A stretch of 64,000 bases of DNA from Vulcanimicrobiota bacterium (GCA_963714015.1 OY970223.1:224001-288000), one strand, 5' to 3'; counted from the first letter of the stretch, positions 1 to 13,134 are shown. Numbers and translations: made by a program. The notes: generated by a model not told the origin, from the letters alone.

Positions 1-143
1 TGGAGCCGAGCAGCCACGGCGCAATACGGACCGCTACGTGCGTCTTGCCATCGGGCGACGGCGCAGTCGAGGCGCCCCAGCAACCGCTCAAAGCGAAGAC
101 TGCCGCAGGCGATGAGGAGAAGGTGTCGCCGCAGTTGACCCAT
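1..143 (-). CDS. Putative lipoprotein, N-terminal part (runs off the window start; one 1-nt indel near 99)
   Basis: ATG at 143. Removing one base near 99 gives MGQLRRHLLLIACGSFALSGCWG..., a signal peptide with lipobox LSGC, open to the window edge. Confidence 0.4.
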   Translation of the reverse strand, partial: MGQLRRHLLLIACGSLRFERLLGRLDCAVARWQDARSGPYCAVAARL

Positions 144-460
144 CGCTATTAAGTTTAGTCTTCGGATACGCGCAGGGTAAGGCGCATTATGACCAGGGAC
201 TGCGCGCCGGATTTCTTTGCGCCGTTACCGCCGGGGAAGAACGGACCTGACTGCATGGGCCGTTTAACCCGCCTGCCGTTACAAGCATTTGCGGCCGCAA
301 CGCAACCATCGCGTGCCGAAAGAACCTATAAGAATAATAGGAAAAATGGCCCAAATCGGCCGTTTTTAAGTTAAAACGCGCAGGACAGCGGCCCGGCTTG
401 AAGCAACAAAGTGCGACTGTAGCACCTGCCTCCGCGATTATCTCTATGGGTAATTAGCAT

Positions 461-1042
461 TTGCTGGAACCGACGCCGCATAAAGTAGTCTCCCACTCCG
501 GCTCGGATGAATCGTTGGATTCGTTCATCTTGAAGCGCGCAAAACCGCGCGTGATTCTTCTCGACGCTTCCATGCAGATCGTGTTCGCCGAGGCAAAAGC
601 TTGCGCAACTTTGTGGCGCAGCTTCGATCTGACAACGACGAACACGATGCAGCTGCCCGAACCTGTTGCAGCCGCCGTTGCGCAGGCGCTTTCCGAGATT
701 CCGGACTACAGCGATCGCGAACGGATCGTTCGGATCGAGCCGAACATCATGCTTCGCGTAGCGAGGCTGCGCGGTGCAGGCGGGTCTTACATCGGCGTCT
801 TCATCGAAGAGATCGCGCGGCGCGAAGACCTCTGCGCAACCGCCAAGCGCTTCAACCTCACCCATCGTGAGGTCGAAGTGCTTTCGCTCATCCTGCACGG
901 TTTCAACACTTTCGAGATCGGCGAGCGCTTGACAATTGCGCAGGTCACAGTCAAAGACTACTGTAAAGCGCTCCTGCGAAAAACCCATGCGCGCAACCGT
1001 GCCGATATGCTCGCCAAAGCCCTGAACTGGATAGACGACTAG
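461..1042 (+). CDS. LuxR-family HTH transcriptional regulator with a possible PAS-like N-terminal domain
   Basis: C-terminal [35 protein letters not shown] matches the LuxR HTH pattern. Start codon uncertain. Confidence 0.85.
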   Translation: MLEPTPHKVVSHSGSDESLDSFILKRAKPRVILLDASMQIVFAEAKACATLWRSFDLTTTNTMQLPEPVAAAVAQALSEIPDYSDRERIVRIEPNIMLRVARLRGAGGSYIGVFIEEIARREDLCATAKRFNLTHREVEVLSLILHGFNTFEIGERLTIAQVTVKDYCKALLRKTHARNRADMLAKALNWIDD

Positions 1043-1048
1043 CCCTTC

Positions 1049-1936
1049 TCAAGACGACATGCTCGGAACGGGCATGCGCTGCGCCAGCAGTGCGGGGATC
1101 TGCGAGGGGCGATCGGCGACGGGAACGCCGGCGTTTTGGAACGCTTCGATCTTGCTTTGCGGCGTTCCGAATTTCCCGGAGATGATTGCGCCGGCATGTC
1201 CGAGCGATTTGCCCGCCGGCGCATTGCGGCCGCCGATGAACGCCACAATCGGCATATCCGGCATGTGCTCTTTGATGAACGCCGCGGCATCCTCTTCGTC
1301 GGAGCCGCCGATTTCGCCGCAAACGACGACGGCTTCCGTTTGCGAGTCGTTCTTGAACTCGCGCAGACAGTCGACGAACGTCGTGCCGATGATCGGATCG
1401 CCGCCGATGCCGACACACGTTGATTGCCCGTAACCGGCGCGCGTCAGCAAGTCGACTACTTCATACGTCAGCGTCCCCGAGCGCGAGATGAGGCCGACGT
1501 TTCCTTCTTTGAACACGTGGCCGGGCATAATCCCGATCGACGATTTTCCCGGTGAGATCAATCCGGGGCAGTTCGGCCCGATGATCCGCATGTTCGGCGT
1601 CGCGCCGACGACTTTCAGCACGTCGTGCACCGGCACGCCTTCGGTGATGCAGACAGCGAACGTGATACCGGCATCGTGCGCTTCGAAGAGCGCATCTGCG
1701 GCGAACGGCGGCGGTACGAAGATGCAGGTATGTGTCGCGCCGGTCGCATCGACGGCGTCGTGCACCGTGTTGAACACCGGCAGACCATGCTCGGTTTTCT
1801 GACCGCCTTTTCCGGGCGTCACGCCGCCGACGATGTTCGTGCCGTAGGCGAGCATCCGCGTCGTATGGTACGAACCTTCCGCACCGGTGATCCCTTGAAC
1901 GATGACTTTGGTGTTTTTGTCTAAGAAGATGCTCAT
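1049..1936 (-). CDS. sucD: Succinyl-CoA synthetase alpha subunit
   Basis: [34 protein letters not shown] and phospho-His motif LGHAGA. Confidence 0.98.
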   Translation of the reverse strand: MSIFLDKNTKVIVQGITGAEGSYHTTRMLAYGTNIVGGVTPGKGGQKTEHGLPVFNTVHDAVDATGATHTCIFVPPPFAADALFEAHDAGITFAVCITEGVPVHDVLKVVGATPNMRIIGPNCPGLISPGKSSIGIMPGHVFKEGNVGLISRSGTLTYEVVDLLTRAGYGQSTCVGIGGDPIIGTTFVDCLREFKNDSQTEAVVVCGEIGGSDEEDAAAFIKEHMPDMPIVAFIGGRNAPAGKSLGHAGAIISGKFGTPQSKIEAFQNAGVPVADRPSQIPALLAQRMPVPSMSS

Positions 1937-3105
1937 GAGGCGGCTCCTGCGAGTTTGACGGCTTCGGCAGCCCCTTCGTCCATAGTTTCAACGGGCTTCA
2001 TGCCGGCTTGGGAAAGAACGCGGCGTCCTTCTTCTTCGTTGGTGCCGGTGAGGCGGATGACGAGCGGGACCTTGCGCGAACTCGTGGTGTTCAGCGCTTC
2101 GACGATACCTTTGGCAACTTCGTCGCAGCGCGTGATTCCGCCGAATATATTAATGAAGAACACTTTCGCCGGCGTATGGTTCATCACCAGCTCGTAACAG
2201 TTGCGCACGCGCTCGGCATTTGCGCCGCCGCCGACGTCAAGGAAGTTCGCGAACGAGCCGCCCGCGTTCTTGACCGCGTCCATCGTGCCCATCGCCAAAC
2301 CGGCGCCGTTGGCCATCGTCCCGACGTTTCCGTCGAAACGCCGGAAATTGCGAATACCCAATCCGGCCGCAACGGCGAGCTGCTCGTCTTCGTCCAGCGG
2401 CAGCGCCGTCTGCCATTGCTTGAACTCGGGATTCTTGTAGACTGCGTCGTCGTCGAGCTCGACTTTTGAGTCGGACGCGACGACGTTTCCGTCTTGCGTC
2501 AGCGCGAGCGGATTGATCTCGACGAGCTTGGCACCGTAGCGGAAGAAAAGATCGTACAAGCCTGAGATGATTCCGGGAAGCGCTTTGCGGTAACCCGGAT
2601 CGAGGTCGCTCGCGAAAGCGAGATCCCGTCCGATGAAGGGCCAATAGCCGCCCGCGGTATCGATAAACGCCTTGGCGATGGAGTCGGGATGCTGCTCGGC
2701 GACCTCTTCAATGTCCATGCCGCCGTGTTTGCTGACCATGACGACGGGTTTCTTGGTGGTGCGATCGATCGCTATTGCGCAATAAGCTTCCTTGACGATG
2801 GGCAGCTTCTCTTCGATCAGCAGCGAATTGATCGGCTCGCCCTTGGGATTCTGCCGGTTCGGCGGCATGGGCGTCGCCACGATCGCCTGGGAGACTTTGC
2901 GCGCTTCATCCGCGGTCTTCGCGAATTTGATCTTGCCGGCTTTGCCGCGGCCGCCCATCAAGACTTGGGCCTTCACAACCCAATCGCCCGGATTTTTGCC
3001 GACGAATTCGGCGGCTTCTTCGGGCGTCGTGACGTGCTTGCTGCGTGGAATCGGAATGCCGGCGCGCCGGAATAATTCCTTTCCCTGATACTCCATGAGG
3101 TTCAT
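1933..3105 (-). CDS. sucC: Succinyl-CoA synthetase beta subunit
   Basis: [51 protein letters not shown]; 4-nt overlap with sucD. Confidence 0.98.
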   Translation of the reverse strand: MNLMEYQGKELFRRAGIPIPRSKHVTTPEEAAEFVGKNPGDWVVKAQVLMGGRGKAGKIKFAKTADEARKVSQAIVATPMPPNRQNPKGEPINSLLIEEKLPIVKEAYCAIAIDRTTKKPVVMVSKHGGMDIEEVAEQHPDSIAKAFIDTAGGYWPFIGRDLAFASDLDPGYRKALPGIISGLYDLFFRYGAKLVEINPLALTQDGNVVASDSKVELDDDAVYKNPEFKQWQTALPLDEDEQLAVAAGLGIRNFRRFDGNVGTMANGAGLAMGTMDAVKNAGGSFANFLDVGGGANAERVRNCYELVMNHTPAKVFFINIFGGITRCDEVAKGIVEALNTTSSRKVPLVIRLTGTNEEEGRRVLSQAGMKPVETMDEGAAEAVKLAGAAS

Positions 3106-3166
3106 TCGGTTGTTCTCATCTCCTATTTTAAAAAACGTTCAGCCAAACGGAAACTTCGTAGCATCC

Positions 3167-4324
3167 TTAAAGTTTTCCCAAGTACGCGCGGCTGATGATG
3201 ATCTGCTGAATCTCCGAGGTGCCTTCGTAGATCTCCGTGATTTTGGCGTCACGGTAGTACCGCTCGACCGGAAACTCGGTGGTATATCCGTATCCGCCGT
3301 GAATCTGCAGCGCTTCCGCCGCGTGCTTGCGCGCCGCCGTCGATGCGAAGTATTTGGCCTTGCTGGCTTCGACCGCAAACGCTTTTCCCGCATCGTATAG
3401 TGCGGCCGCGCGATACGTCAGCAGCCGCGCCGCGTCCAGGTCGGTCGCCATCTGCGCGATCTTGAACGAGACGCCCTCAAAAGCGCCGATCGGTTTTCCG
3501 AATGCGACGCGCTCCTGCGCGAACTTCACCGAGGCATCCAAGCACGCGGCCAAAATGCCGCAGGCTTGCGCGGCGATGCCGATGCGCCCGCCGGTAAGCG
3601 CCGTCATGGCGTGACTGAAGCCCGCACCCTCGTCGCCGAGCAGCGCCGAAAGCGGTACCTGCGCGTCGTCGAACGCAATGTCGCACGTGTTGCTGGTATG
3701 GATTCCGAGCTTCTCCGTAACGCGATCGACGGTCACGCCCTCCGTATCGTTGTCGACCAGGAATGCGCTCACGCCCTTAGCGCCCTCACCGCCGGTACGG
3801 AACATCCCCATGAGCACCATCGAATAACTGCCGTTCGTGCACCATTGCTTGCGGCCGTTCAGGACGTAACCTTCCGCGTTCTTGCGGGCCGTCGCGCGAA
3901 TATTCGCGGCGTCGGAACCGGCATCGGGTTCGGTGAGCGCGAATCCGGCAATTTTGTCTTCCTGCGCCAGCATTGGAAGATAGCGCCGCTTCTGCTCCTC
4001 GCTGCCGAGTTTGAGGATCGCCATGCAAATCATCGAATGTACGGAAACCGTCACCGCCGTGCCGGCGTCGACCCGAGCCAACTCTTCGATCGCACGCGCG
4101 TACGAAACGTAGTCGGCTCCGGCGCCGCCGTATTGATCGGGCACGAGCAGTCCCATAACGCCGGCGGCATTGAGCTTACCGAACACCTCCCGGGGGAAAC
4201 GATGCTCGCGATCCCATTTGGCGATGTGGGGTGCGATCTCGCGCTGAGCGATCTCTGCGGCCAGATCTCCGATCTCCCGCTGTTCTTGCGTGAGCTCGAA
4301 CGACACGCGAGACGTCGTTTCCAT
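3167..4324 (-). CDS. Acyl-CoA dehydrogenase (butyryl-CoA dehydrogenase-like)
   Basis: FALTEPDAGSD, GGRIGIAAQ, QIHGGYGY and IYEGTSEIQ motifs. Confidence 0.95.
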   Translation of the reverse strand: METTSRVSFELTQEQREIGDLAAEIAQREIAPHIAKWDREHRFPREVFGKLNAAGVMGLLVPDQYGGAGADYVSYARAIEELARVDAGTAVTVSVHSMICMAILKLGSEEQKRRYLPMLAQEDKIAGFALTEPDAGSDAANIRATARKNAEGYVLNGRKQWCTNGSYSMVLMGMFRTGGEGAKGVSAFLVDNDTEGVTVDRVTEKLGIHTSNTCDIAFDDAQVPLSALLGDEGAGFSHAMTALTGGRIGIAAQACGILAACLDASVKFAQERVAFGKPIGAFEGVSFKIAQMATDLDAARLLTYRAAALYDAGKAFAVEASKAKYFASTAARKHAAEALQIHGGYGYTTEFPVERYYRDAKITEIYEGTSEIQQIIISRAYLGKL

Positions 4325-4339
4325 GGTTACCGCCGCGGC

Positions 4340-5178
4340 CTATTCATAACTGTAGAAGCCTCGTCCGGACTTTTTGCCGTACCAACCGGCGGCGACATAC
4401 TGCTTGAGAAGCGGACACGGACGATATTTCGTGTCGGCGAACCCGTCGTAGAGCACGTTCATAATAGCCAGACACGTATCCAAGCCGATGAAATCGGCGA
4501 GCTGCAACGGCCCCATCGGATGATTCATGCCGACTTCATCACCGTGTCCACGGCTTCGGCCGTTCCGACGCCTTCATAGACGGCGTAGATCGCTTCGTTG
4601 ATCATCGGCATGAGCACGCGGTTCGAAACGAACCCCGGGAAATCACGCACTTCGACGGGCGTCTTCCCTAAGCCGCGAGCGAGCGATTCGACGAGATCGT
4701 ACGTTGCTTGCGTCGTAGCGATTCCGCGAATGATCTCGACCAGCTGCATCACCGGGACGGGGTTCATGAAATGCATGCCGATGACGCCGCCTGGGCGCCC
4801 GGTGACCGCCGCCAGCCTCGTAATGGAGATCGACGAAGTATTGCTGGCCAAAATCGCACTGGGCGGCGTCGATTGATCGAGCGACCGGAAGAGCTCCAGT
4901 TTCAGGTCCAAGTGCTCCGTCGCCGCCTCGATCGCGATGTCGACGTCAAAGTCTTTGATGCCGGCGACCGGATTGATATGCGTGAGAATCGTCCCGCGCT
5001 GCTCGTCGGTAAGTCGCCCCTTTTCAACGCTCCGGGAAAGGTTGCGTTCGATCGCCGAAACGCCGCGGTTCACCGTCGGCTCGTCGCGATCGACCAGCGT
5101 AACGGAATGATGATGCGAAGCTGCTACCTGCGCGATGCCGGAGCCCATCTGTCCGGCACCGATAACTGCAATGCGCAC
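4340..5178 (-). CDS. hbd: 3-hydroxybutyryl-CoA dehydrogenase, split by a 1-nt deletion near 4534
   Basis: [19 protein letters not shown] and GMHFMNPVP lie in 4525-5178; [16 protein letters not shown] and GKKSGRGFY lie in 4340-4528. Inserting one C restores [12 protein letters not shown]. Confidence 0.92.
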
Positions 5179-5187
5179 GAGGCGGGG

Positions 5188-6540
5188 TTAATCTACCCGG
5201 ATCAGCAACGCGTCGCCCTGGCCGCCGCCGCTGCAAATCGCCGCGATGCCTAGGCCGCCGCCGCGTTTGCGCAGCTGATTGATGACCGTTCCGGCGAGCC
5301 GCGCACCGGACGCGCCGATCGGATGTCCCATTGCGACGGCACCGCCCAGCTTGTTGACTTGAGCGGGATCTATGCCGATTGCGCGAGCCGACGTAAGCGC
5401 CACCGCGGAGAACGCCTCGTTGATCTCCCAAACGTCGATCTGCTCTTTGCCGATGCCGGTCTTCTGCAGCAATTTCTGCACGGCCATTGCGGGAGTCAGA
5501 GCGATGTACGGTGAGTCCCACCCGACGGTGGCATGATCCAAAATCGTCGCCAGCGGTTCGTGTCCGCGCTGCGTTGCAAATTCGCGGCTTGCCAGAACCA
5601 ATGCCGCTGCTCCGTCGTTCACCCCGGGCGCGTTGCCGGCCGTAATCGTTCCGCCTTCTTCGAGCGCTTTGAGTTTGCTCATGCTCTCGAGGCTTGCGTC
5701 GATACGCACCGCTTCGTCCCGGTCGACCGTTACGTGCGGCACGTCACCGGTGACGAACGGCGCCCACTGGGCATAGTTCAGCGTAAATTCTTTGGACGGC
5801 CGGTGCGCCCAAATCGCATCGGCGCCTTCATTTGAGGAACCGGCGGCAACGGGTACGCGTTCGCGCGCCGGCTCCGGCAGACGGTTCACGACCATCTTCC
5901 CTTTGTGTTTGGTCGCGACGCGCACCGGCACCATTTCATCGGCAAGCTTTCCGCTGTTTTGCGCTTCGGCGGCTCGACGGTGGCTCTCGTATGCAAAACG
6001 ATCCTGCTCTTCGCGCGTCACGGCAAGTTCGTTTGCGACTTTCGCGCCTTGGGCTGCCATCGTCATCGGAAAATAGTAATCCCACAAGCCGTCGTGGATC
6101 ATCGCATCGATCAATCTTCCGTCGCCAAAACGGTATCCGTTGCGCGCGTCCTTGAGCAGGTACGGCGCGTTGGACATCGATTCCATTCCGCCGGCCGAGA
6201 CGACCGCGTTGCTGCCCTCGTTGATCAAACGCGCCGCATTTACGACCGCGATCATCCCCGATGCGCAAACCTTGTTTACGGTTTCGGCAGTCGTCGTCTT
6301 GGCAAGGCCGGCTTTGAAAGCGCTTTGACGTGCGGGATTCTGGCCCGCGCCGGCTTGGAGCACTTGCCCCATGACCACATGCTCGATGTCGGCAGGATCG
6401 ATTCCGGCGCGTTCGATGGCTGCAACCAACGCAGCGGCGCCCAAACTCGTTGCCTCAAGCGCGGAAAGGCCGCCTCCCAGACGCCCAAACGGAGTACGCG
6501 CGAGGCCGAGAACCACGGCGTTGGAACTTTGAAAAGTCAT
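5188..6540 (-). CDS. Acetyl-CoA C-acetyltransferase (thiolase) with an internal insertion
   Basis: Catalytic motifs NKVCASG, INEAF, GHPIGASG and ICSGGGQG. Confidence 0.95.
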   Translation of the reverse strand: MTFQSSNAVVLGLARTPFGRLGGGLSALEATSLGAAALVAAIERAGIDPADIEHVVMGQVLQAGAGQNPARQSAFKAGLAKTTTAETVNKVCASGMIAVVNAARLINEGSNAVVSAGGMESMSNAPYLLKDARNGYRFGDGRLIDAMIHDGLWDYYFPMTMAAQGAKVANELAVTREEQDRFAYESHRRAAEAQNSGKLADEMVPVRVATKHKGKMVVNRLPEPARERVPVAAGSSNEGADAIWAHRPSKEFTLNYAQWAPFVTGDVPHVTVDRDEAVRIDASLESMSKLKALEEGGTITAGNAPGVNDGAAALVLASREFATQRGHEPLATILDHATVGWDSPYIALTPAMAVQKLLQKTGIGKEQIDVWEINEAFSAVALTSARAIGIDPAQVNKLGGAVAMGHPIGASGARLAGTVINQLRKRGGGLGIAAICSGGGQGDALLIRVD

Positions 6541-6582
6541 AGCCCGGGACGATTCGAGGCGCCCGAAGCGCGTCCCTCATTC

Positions 6583-7500
6583 CTACTTATGTCGCTCAAG
6601 CCTGCTTGCTTTAGGTGGAGCGATTGGCTGCGTACAGACCACGCGTTCGTCCGGCGAGCAGTTTTTGCATTCGAACTGCAGAGTTACGTGCGCGATTCCG
6701 AAACGCTCGCGCAGCAACATGTCGACTTCCTCCAGAATTGCGGTCGCCTCGCTGACGCGGCGATCTTCAATAAGCACGTGTGCCGAGAGCGCGGCCCCTC
6801 CGGTGCCGATGGTCCAGACGTGCAAATCATGAACGGCAACGATCCCGTCCAGACCGTTCATAGCGTCGCGCACTTCATCGACGCGAATGCCTCGCGGTAC
6901 GCCTTCGAGCAGCACGTCCGTAGCGTCGCGCATGACGCGGAAGATTCCGATCAGGATGATCGCCGCAACGAAAAGCGAGAGCAGCGGATCGATCCACGCC
7001 GGCCCGCTCAGCGCGATGGCGATTCCGCCCAAGATTACGACGAACGCTCCAAGCGCGTCTCCCGCAACGTGAAAGAGCGCCGCGCGCATGTTCAGATTCG
7101 CATGCGCTTCCCGCGAGAGCATAAGACCGATGCCGCCGTTGACGATCAGACCGATAGCCGCGAAGAGGCTCATGAGCACGCCTTGCGGGTGTTGGGGCTG
7201 CGCAAAGCGATGCACCGCCTGATACACGATAAACCCGGTCGCTGCGAGCAGGACGCTCCCGTTAATCAGCGCGCCCAGCACTTCCAAACGCCCGAAACCG
7301 AACGTCTTGCGCGAGGTTGCAGACCGCAGGCTGCCCATCGCCGCAAACAGCGCGACGCCGAGCGCGAACAAATCCATACAGACGTGCAGCGCATCCGTCA
7401 CGAGCGCCAAAGAGCTCGCGCGCAGGCCGCCCCAAAATTCGAGCGCCGCAACGCACGCAAGCAGAAATATCGCGAGGACTAACCGTCCGCGCGCGTTCAT
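6583..7500 (-). CDS. Cation diffusion facilitator (CzcD/ZitB-like) transporter
   Basis: SLALVTDALH, TFGFGRLEVLGALING, NMRAALFHVAGD, HDLHVWTI. Start placed at ATG 7500. Confidence 0.92.
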   Translation of the reverse strand: MNARGRLVLAIFLLACVAALEFWGGLRASSLALVTDALHVCMDLFALGVALFAAMGSLRSATSRKTFGFGRLEVLGALINGSVLLAATGFIVYQAVHRFAQPQHPQGVLMSLFAAIGLIVNGGIGLMLSREAHANLNMRAALFHVAGDALGAFVVILGGIAIALSGPAWIDPLLSLFVAAIILIGIFRVMRDATDVLLEGVPRGIRVDEVRDAMNGLDGIVAVHDLHVWTIGTGGAALSAHVLIEDRRVSEATAILEEVDMLLRERFGIAHVTLQFECKNCSPDERVVCTQPIAPPKASRLERHK

Positions 7501-7520
7501 GAGATCCGTGTCATGACCGG

Positions 7521-8123
7521 CTAGCTCTTGAGGGCCTTCAGCGCCAGGACCGCAAGCATGGCGCCGAACGTGAGAAACGTATTCGATTCCGCGCTCGCGA
7601 TGACGTCCGCGTTCCACGTGCCTTCTTTTGCGCCGGCGGGTTCGAGCGAGGGAACGATCTGCGGAACGCTGCTGCAATAGCGTTCGAAAGCCTCGCCGAA
7701 CTGCGAATGCAAATACTGCTCCTCATGCGGTACGATCGTCGCATACACGGCGGCCATCGTGCCGAGCGATGCACCGATCAGGCGCAATCTTTTTCCCGCG
7801 GAGACCCCGCCCGTGAAAGCGATCGCAAAGCCTGCAGCCGTGAGAAAATTTCCCACGTACAGCGGATTGCGCACGTATGCATAGGGACCGGCCGTCACCA
7901 GGCGCGGCGCAATGACGCGATCGTCGCGCGTCGTAACGCCGGAGTATCCGACAGCCCAGCAACGCAGCAGCTCGCCTCCGAGCGCCAGCGGTAAGCCGAC
8001 GGCGATGCTGAACGCGCTCGGTTTTCCGAACGCGGCAAGCAATACCGCCGGTATGGCAAGCAGTGCGCCGCGGTTTTTGAAAACCAATGCTCGAATATCG
8101 TCGTCTTGATGCGGATCGGTCAC
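7521..8123 (-). CDS. Isoprenylcysteine carboxyl methyltransferase / PEMT-family membrane protein
   Basis: LVTAGPYAYVRNPLYVG and EEQYLHSQFGEAFERY motifs. Confidence 0.85.
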   Translation of the reverse strand: MTDPHQDDDIRALVFKNRGALLAIPAVLLAAFGKPSAFSIAVGLPLALGGELLRCWAVGYSGVTTRDDRVIAPRLVTAGPYAYVRNPLYVGNFLTAAGFAIAFTGGVSAGKRLRLIGASLGTMAAVYATIVPHEEQYLHSQFGEAFERYCSSVPQIVPSLEPAGAKEGTWNADVIASAESNTFLTFGAMLAVLALKALKS

Positions 8124-9056
8124 GTGCCGCTCATTTGCGCCCGCGCATAGACGTCCTGCAGGGAACGCCTAAGCGGAATACCGGGAACCCACGACGTCTC
8201 CGTTCGCAGTTTGCGATTGTCGCCGTAGAGCAGCGGAACGTCGGCCGGGCGCATGCGAGCGGGATCTTCGCGCACTTCGACCGGCACGTGCGCAATGCGA
8301 ATGAGCTCCGAAAGAATCTCGCGCACGGAAACCGCCGTGCCGCTGCTGATGTTGTAAATCTCGCCGCTTCTTCCAACCTCCGCGAGCCGCACGTATGCCG
8401 CCGCGACGTCGCGAACGTCCAAAAAGTCGCGCTTGGCTTCGAGATTTCCGGCCAGCAGCACAGGGTCCGCGCCGTTTGCGATCTTCGGCCAGCTGCGCCG
8501 CAAATGACGGCACGACGAAACGATCGCTTTGACCGGGCCCGATGTGATTGAAAGCCCGCGTGATCACGGCGTCGACGCCGAAAACACGCGCTTCGCCGAG
8601 AACAATCGCTTCCGCCGCCGCTTTGCTCGCGGCGTAAGGGTTTGCGGGATTCGGCGCCGTCGTCTCGATAAGCGGCATCGCATCGGGCGGCTGCGGTCCG
8701 TAGACTTCCGCTGAACTAACGTAGAGAAGCCGAATCCTGCGATCGGAACGCCGCCGGGCGTCGCGCAACGCGTGCAAAACGTTGACGGTGCCCAGAACGT
8801 TGGCGCGATACGTTTCGAGCGGCGCCTCGATTGCGCGCGGCACGAACGCTTGCGCGGCCAGGTGAAATACGACATCCGGTTCGGAAAGGTCGAAGGCAGC
8901 GTTCAACGTGTCGGGATCGCCGAGATCGATCGGAAGGATGCCTTCGGAAGCATCGCGGGGACCGCCCGCGGCCAAAACGTCGTGACCCTCGGCGCGCAGA
9001 GCTTCGACGAGATACGTCCCGACGAATCCGCTCGCGCCGGTAACCAGCGCGCGCAT
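8120..9056 (-). CDS. rmd: GDP-4-dehydro-6-deoxy-D-mannose reductase (Rmd-like SDR), split by a 1-nt insertion near 8487
   Basis: ALVTGASGFVG, YAASK and RAFNHIGPGQ, then GNLEAKRDFLDVRDV in the next frame; directly downstream of gmd. Confidence 0.8.
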
Positions 9057-9061
9057 CGCTT

Positions 9062-10721
<1,660 letters not shown>

Positions 10722-10778
10722 AGGCCGGTTTTTTCGCGCAGTGCGCGCATTGTTCCGCCTCCGAAGCGGCAGGGCGTT

Positions 10779-11513
10779 TTAGGCGGGAATCTTTGCCAGG
10801 CGAGTCGCGATGAACGCTGCGACCTCACTCGGAACCGTCCCGCGACCGAATCCGGCGTCGTAGCCGAGCTCCGCAGCCATGAGATTCGTCACGCGCGGAC
10901 CGCCGCAGCAAAGCACCACGCGGTCGCGCAACCCTTCGGCCTCGAGCAACTCGACTAATGCCGTGAAGTTCTTGACGTCGCTGCCCTTTTGCGTTACGAC
11001 CTGCGAGGCCAGAAGCGCATCTATCTGCTTTTCCTTGGCGAAATGCACGAACTCTTCGACCGAGATCTGGCTGCCCAAGTTGAAGACGTCGAACATTTTA
11101 TATCGTTCGAGGCCATAGTCGCCTTTGTAGCCCTTCATGTTCAGAATGGCGTCGATGCCGACGGTATGCGCGTCGGTGCCGATGCATGCGCCTGCGATGC
11201 GAACTTTCCGGCCGATGCGTTCGGCGATGAGCCGATCGATCTCGTCCATCTCCATCGCATGCGCCTTTAGGGAGGGCGCTGCAATCGTCGAGAAGTCGAC
11301 CGACTGCGGCGTGCTCGCGTAAAGCACGAAGAACGAAAAGCCGCTCGCAATAGCTCGGCCTTCGACCACCTGGACGTCGCTCAGCCCCATCTTGACGGCA
11401 AGCTGACGCGCGGCTTCGTCCGCAGCTTCACTCCATTCAACGGGCAGCGTGAACGAAAGCTGAATCTTGCCGTCGCCGATCGTATCGCCGTAGGGCTTGA
11501 TGATGCGGGTCAT
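10779..11513 (-). CDS. kamE: Lysine 5,6-aminomutase beta subunit (B12-binding)
   Basis: KPYGDTIGDGKIQLSFTLP, cobalamin motif DAHTVG, PLP lysine in NMKG, YGLERY. Confidence 0.93.
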   Translation of the reverse strand: MTRIIKPYGDTIGDGKIQLSFTLPVEWSEAADEAARQLAVKMGLSDVQVVEGRAIASGFSFFVLYASTPQSVDFSTIAAPSLKAHAMEMDEIDRLIAERIGRKVRIAGACIGTDAHTVGIDAILNMKGYKGDYGLERYKMFDVFNLGSQISVEEFVHFAKEKQIDALLASQVVTQKGSDVKNFTALVELLEAEGLRDRVVLCCGGPRVTNLMAAELGYDAGFGRGTVPSEVAAFIATRLAKIPA

Positions 11514-13072
11514 AGAGCCGCTAGGGCCGGCTGAGCTTGCCGAAGGGCATCTTCAAAAGGATTCCAGTAATCGCCGGCCCGTTCGAAGACGCCGTCGAAC
11601 CCGCGGCCTCCGTCAGGCGGCCGTGAAACGTCGGCGAAGACCCGCGCTTCAATCGCGTGCATCAACCCCTGTTTCGAGACGCGATCCAAGAGCTGCTCGC
11701 ACGCACTCAAAACCTCTTGCGCGCGCGTCTCTATGCGGCCGCCCGGCTTGAAGGAGATATCATCGCCGAAGTGCCGGGCCGTGTTCATGATGTAGCGAGC
11801 GTTCTCGAGCGAAAGCGCGCGATCGCCCAAAAACGGCGTGTGAATCGCCTCGGTGAGCATGCCGCACAGGTGTATCGTTTGCCGCGTCATCACCGACGTG
11901 AGGTTGAACATCGCGTCGATGAGATGGCCTTTGAAGATGTCGCCGGTCATGTGTTTGGTCGGCGGCATGTACTTGAGCGGCGCGTGCGGGAAAATTTGGC
12001 GCGCGAGCTGAGCTTGCGCGACCTGCAGCAAGAACCCGTCCTGCAAGCCGGGATCGATCTCGTAGGCATCGCCCAGACCGATCTGCTCGTCCGGCATGCC
12101 CGCGCGGTGCGCGAACTGTTCGTTGATGAACTGCGATGCCAAGACGGCCGGCGCCTGATCCACCGCATCGGCGGTCGTCAGGTAATTGTCTTCACCCGTG
12201 TTGATGATGATTCCCGAGAACCCGTTGAGCATGCGGCTGAAGTGCTGGTCGATGAAGGTGCGCTTCATGTTGATGTCGCGAAACAGAATGCCATACATGG
12301 AGTCGTTCAGCAGCATGTCCAAACGCTCGAGCGCCGCCATCGTCGCGATTTCGGGCATGCACAATCCGCTGGCGTAGTTCGTGAGCATTACGTAACGGCC
12401 CAGTCGCTCGGAGACCTCGTCCAGGGCCTCACGCATGATGCGGAAATTCTCTTGAGTCGCGTATGTGCCGCCGAAACCTTCAGTCGTGGGACCGAACGGA
12501 ACGAAGTCCAGCAGCGACTGTCCGGTGGATCGTATCACCGCGATAACCTGCGCGCCGGCCTCGGCGGCCGCAACGGCGGCGGTTCGATCTTCGTAAATGT
12601 TGCCGCTGGCGACGATCACGTAGAGCAGCGGCGTGTGACCTTGCGGCAAACGGCTCAGGCGTTCCGCGCGTTCGGCGCGGCGCTTCGCAATGCGTTCGAA
12701 CGAGCGTTTCGCAAACTTTTCCGCAAGCGCGCGCGCCGCGCCGGCGGGGACGTCCGCGAACTGCTTCAGAGTCAAATCGCCCGAAGCGATGCGCTCGCCG
12801 AGCGCTTTAGGCTCGAGGCCCGTCTGCGCCAGCGCCCGTCCGAATGCGAGCGCGACGCCGCGGCCGCGTTCGTCGGCGTCGAGCGCATCGACGATGAGAT
12901 TGGGAACGGGTACTTCCTCACCGCCGACTCCGTCGACGCCTAAAAGGCGAAGCACGGAGCGCTCCACCGCCGCGGTGGAGTGGCCGGCGATAAATTCCTC
13001 GACGGGCGCGACGATCGCAGCCGCCAAGTCCCGGCAGCGATCGACGGTCCGGCGATCCAGGGTCAATTCCAT
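11510..13072 (-). CDS. kamD: Lysine 5,6-aminomutase alpha subunit
   Basis: YVIVASGNIYED, AVIRSTGQSLLD, NYASGLCMPEI, KYMPPTK, GMLTEAIHTP; 4-nt overlap with kamE. Confidence 0.93.
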   Translation of the reverse strand: MELTLDRRTVDRCRDLAAAIVAPVEEFIAGHSTAAVERSVLRLLGVDGVGGEEVPVPNLIVDALDADERGRGVALAFGRALAQTGLEPKALGERIASGDLTLKQFADVPAGAARALAEKFAKRSFERIAKRRAERAERLSRLPQGHTPLLYVIVASGNIYEDRTAAVAAAEAGAQVIAVIRSTGQSLLDFVPFGPTTEGFGGTYATQENFRIMREALDEVSERLGRYVMLTNYASGLCMPEIATMAALERLDMLLNDSMYGILFRDINMKRTFIDQHFSRMLNGFSGIIINTGEDNYLTTADAVDQAPAVLASQFINEQFAHRAGMPDEQIGLGDAYEIDPGLQDGFLLQVAQAQLARQIFPHAPLKYMPPTKHMTGDIFKGHLIDAMFNLTSVMTRQTIHLCGMLTEAIHTPFLGDRALSLENARYIMNTARHFGDDISFKPGGRIETRAQEVLSACEQLLDRVSKQGLMHAIEARVFADVSRPPDGGRGFDGVFERAGDYWNPFEDALRQAQPALAAL

Positions 13073-13134
13073 GGCCTTTCTATCTTAAGGGCAAGCCCCC
13101 GGTTCTCCTCAAGAGGTTATGTCGCCGGGCAGCG

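Noticed and set aside
150..460. AT-rich imperfect palindrome (GTTTTTAAGTTAAAAC near 362) as a LuxR operator
   Set aside because: It is a single, imperfect, low-complexity site with no second copy found.
5905..7482. Long antisense ORFs (also 11657-12943, 58660-59982 and similar)
   Set aside because: They are shadow frames of well-supported genes in GC-rich DNA, with no recognisable motifs.
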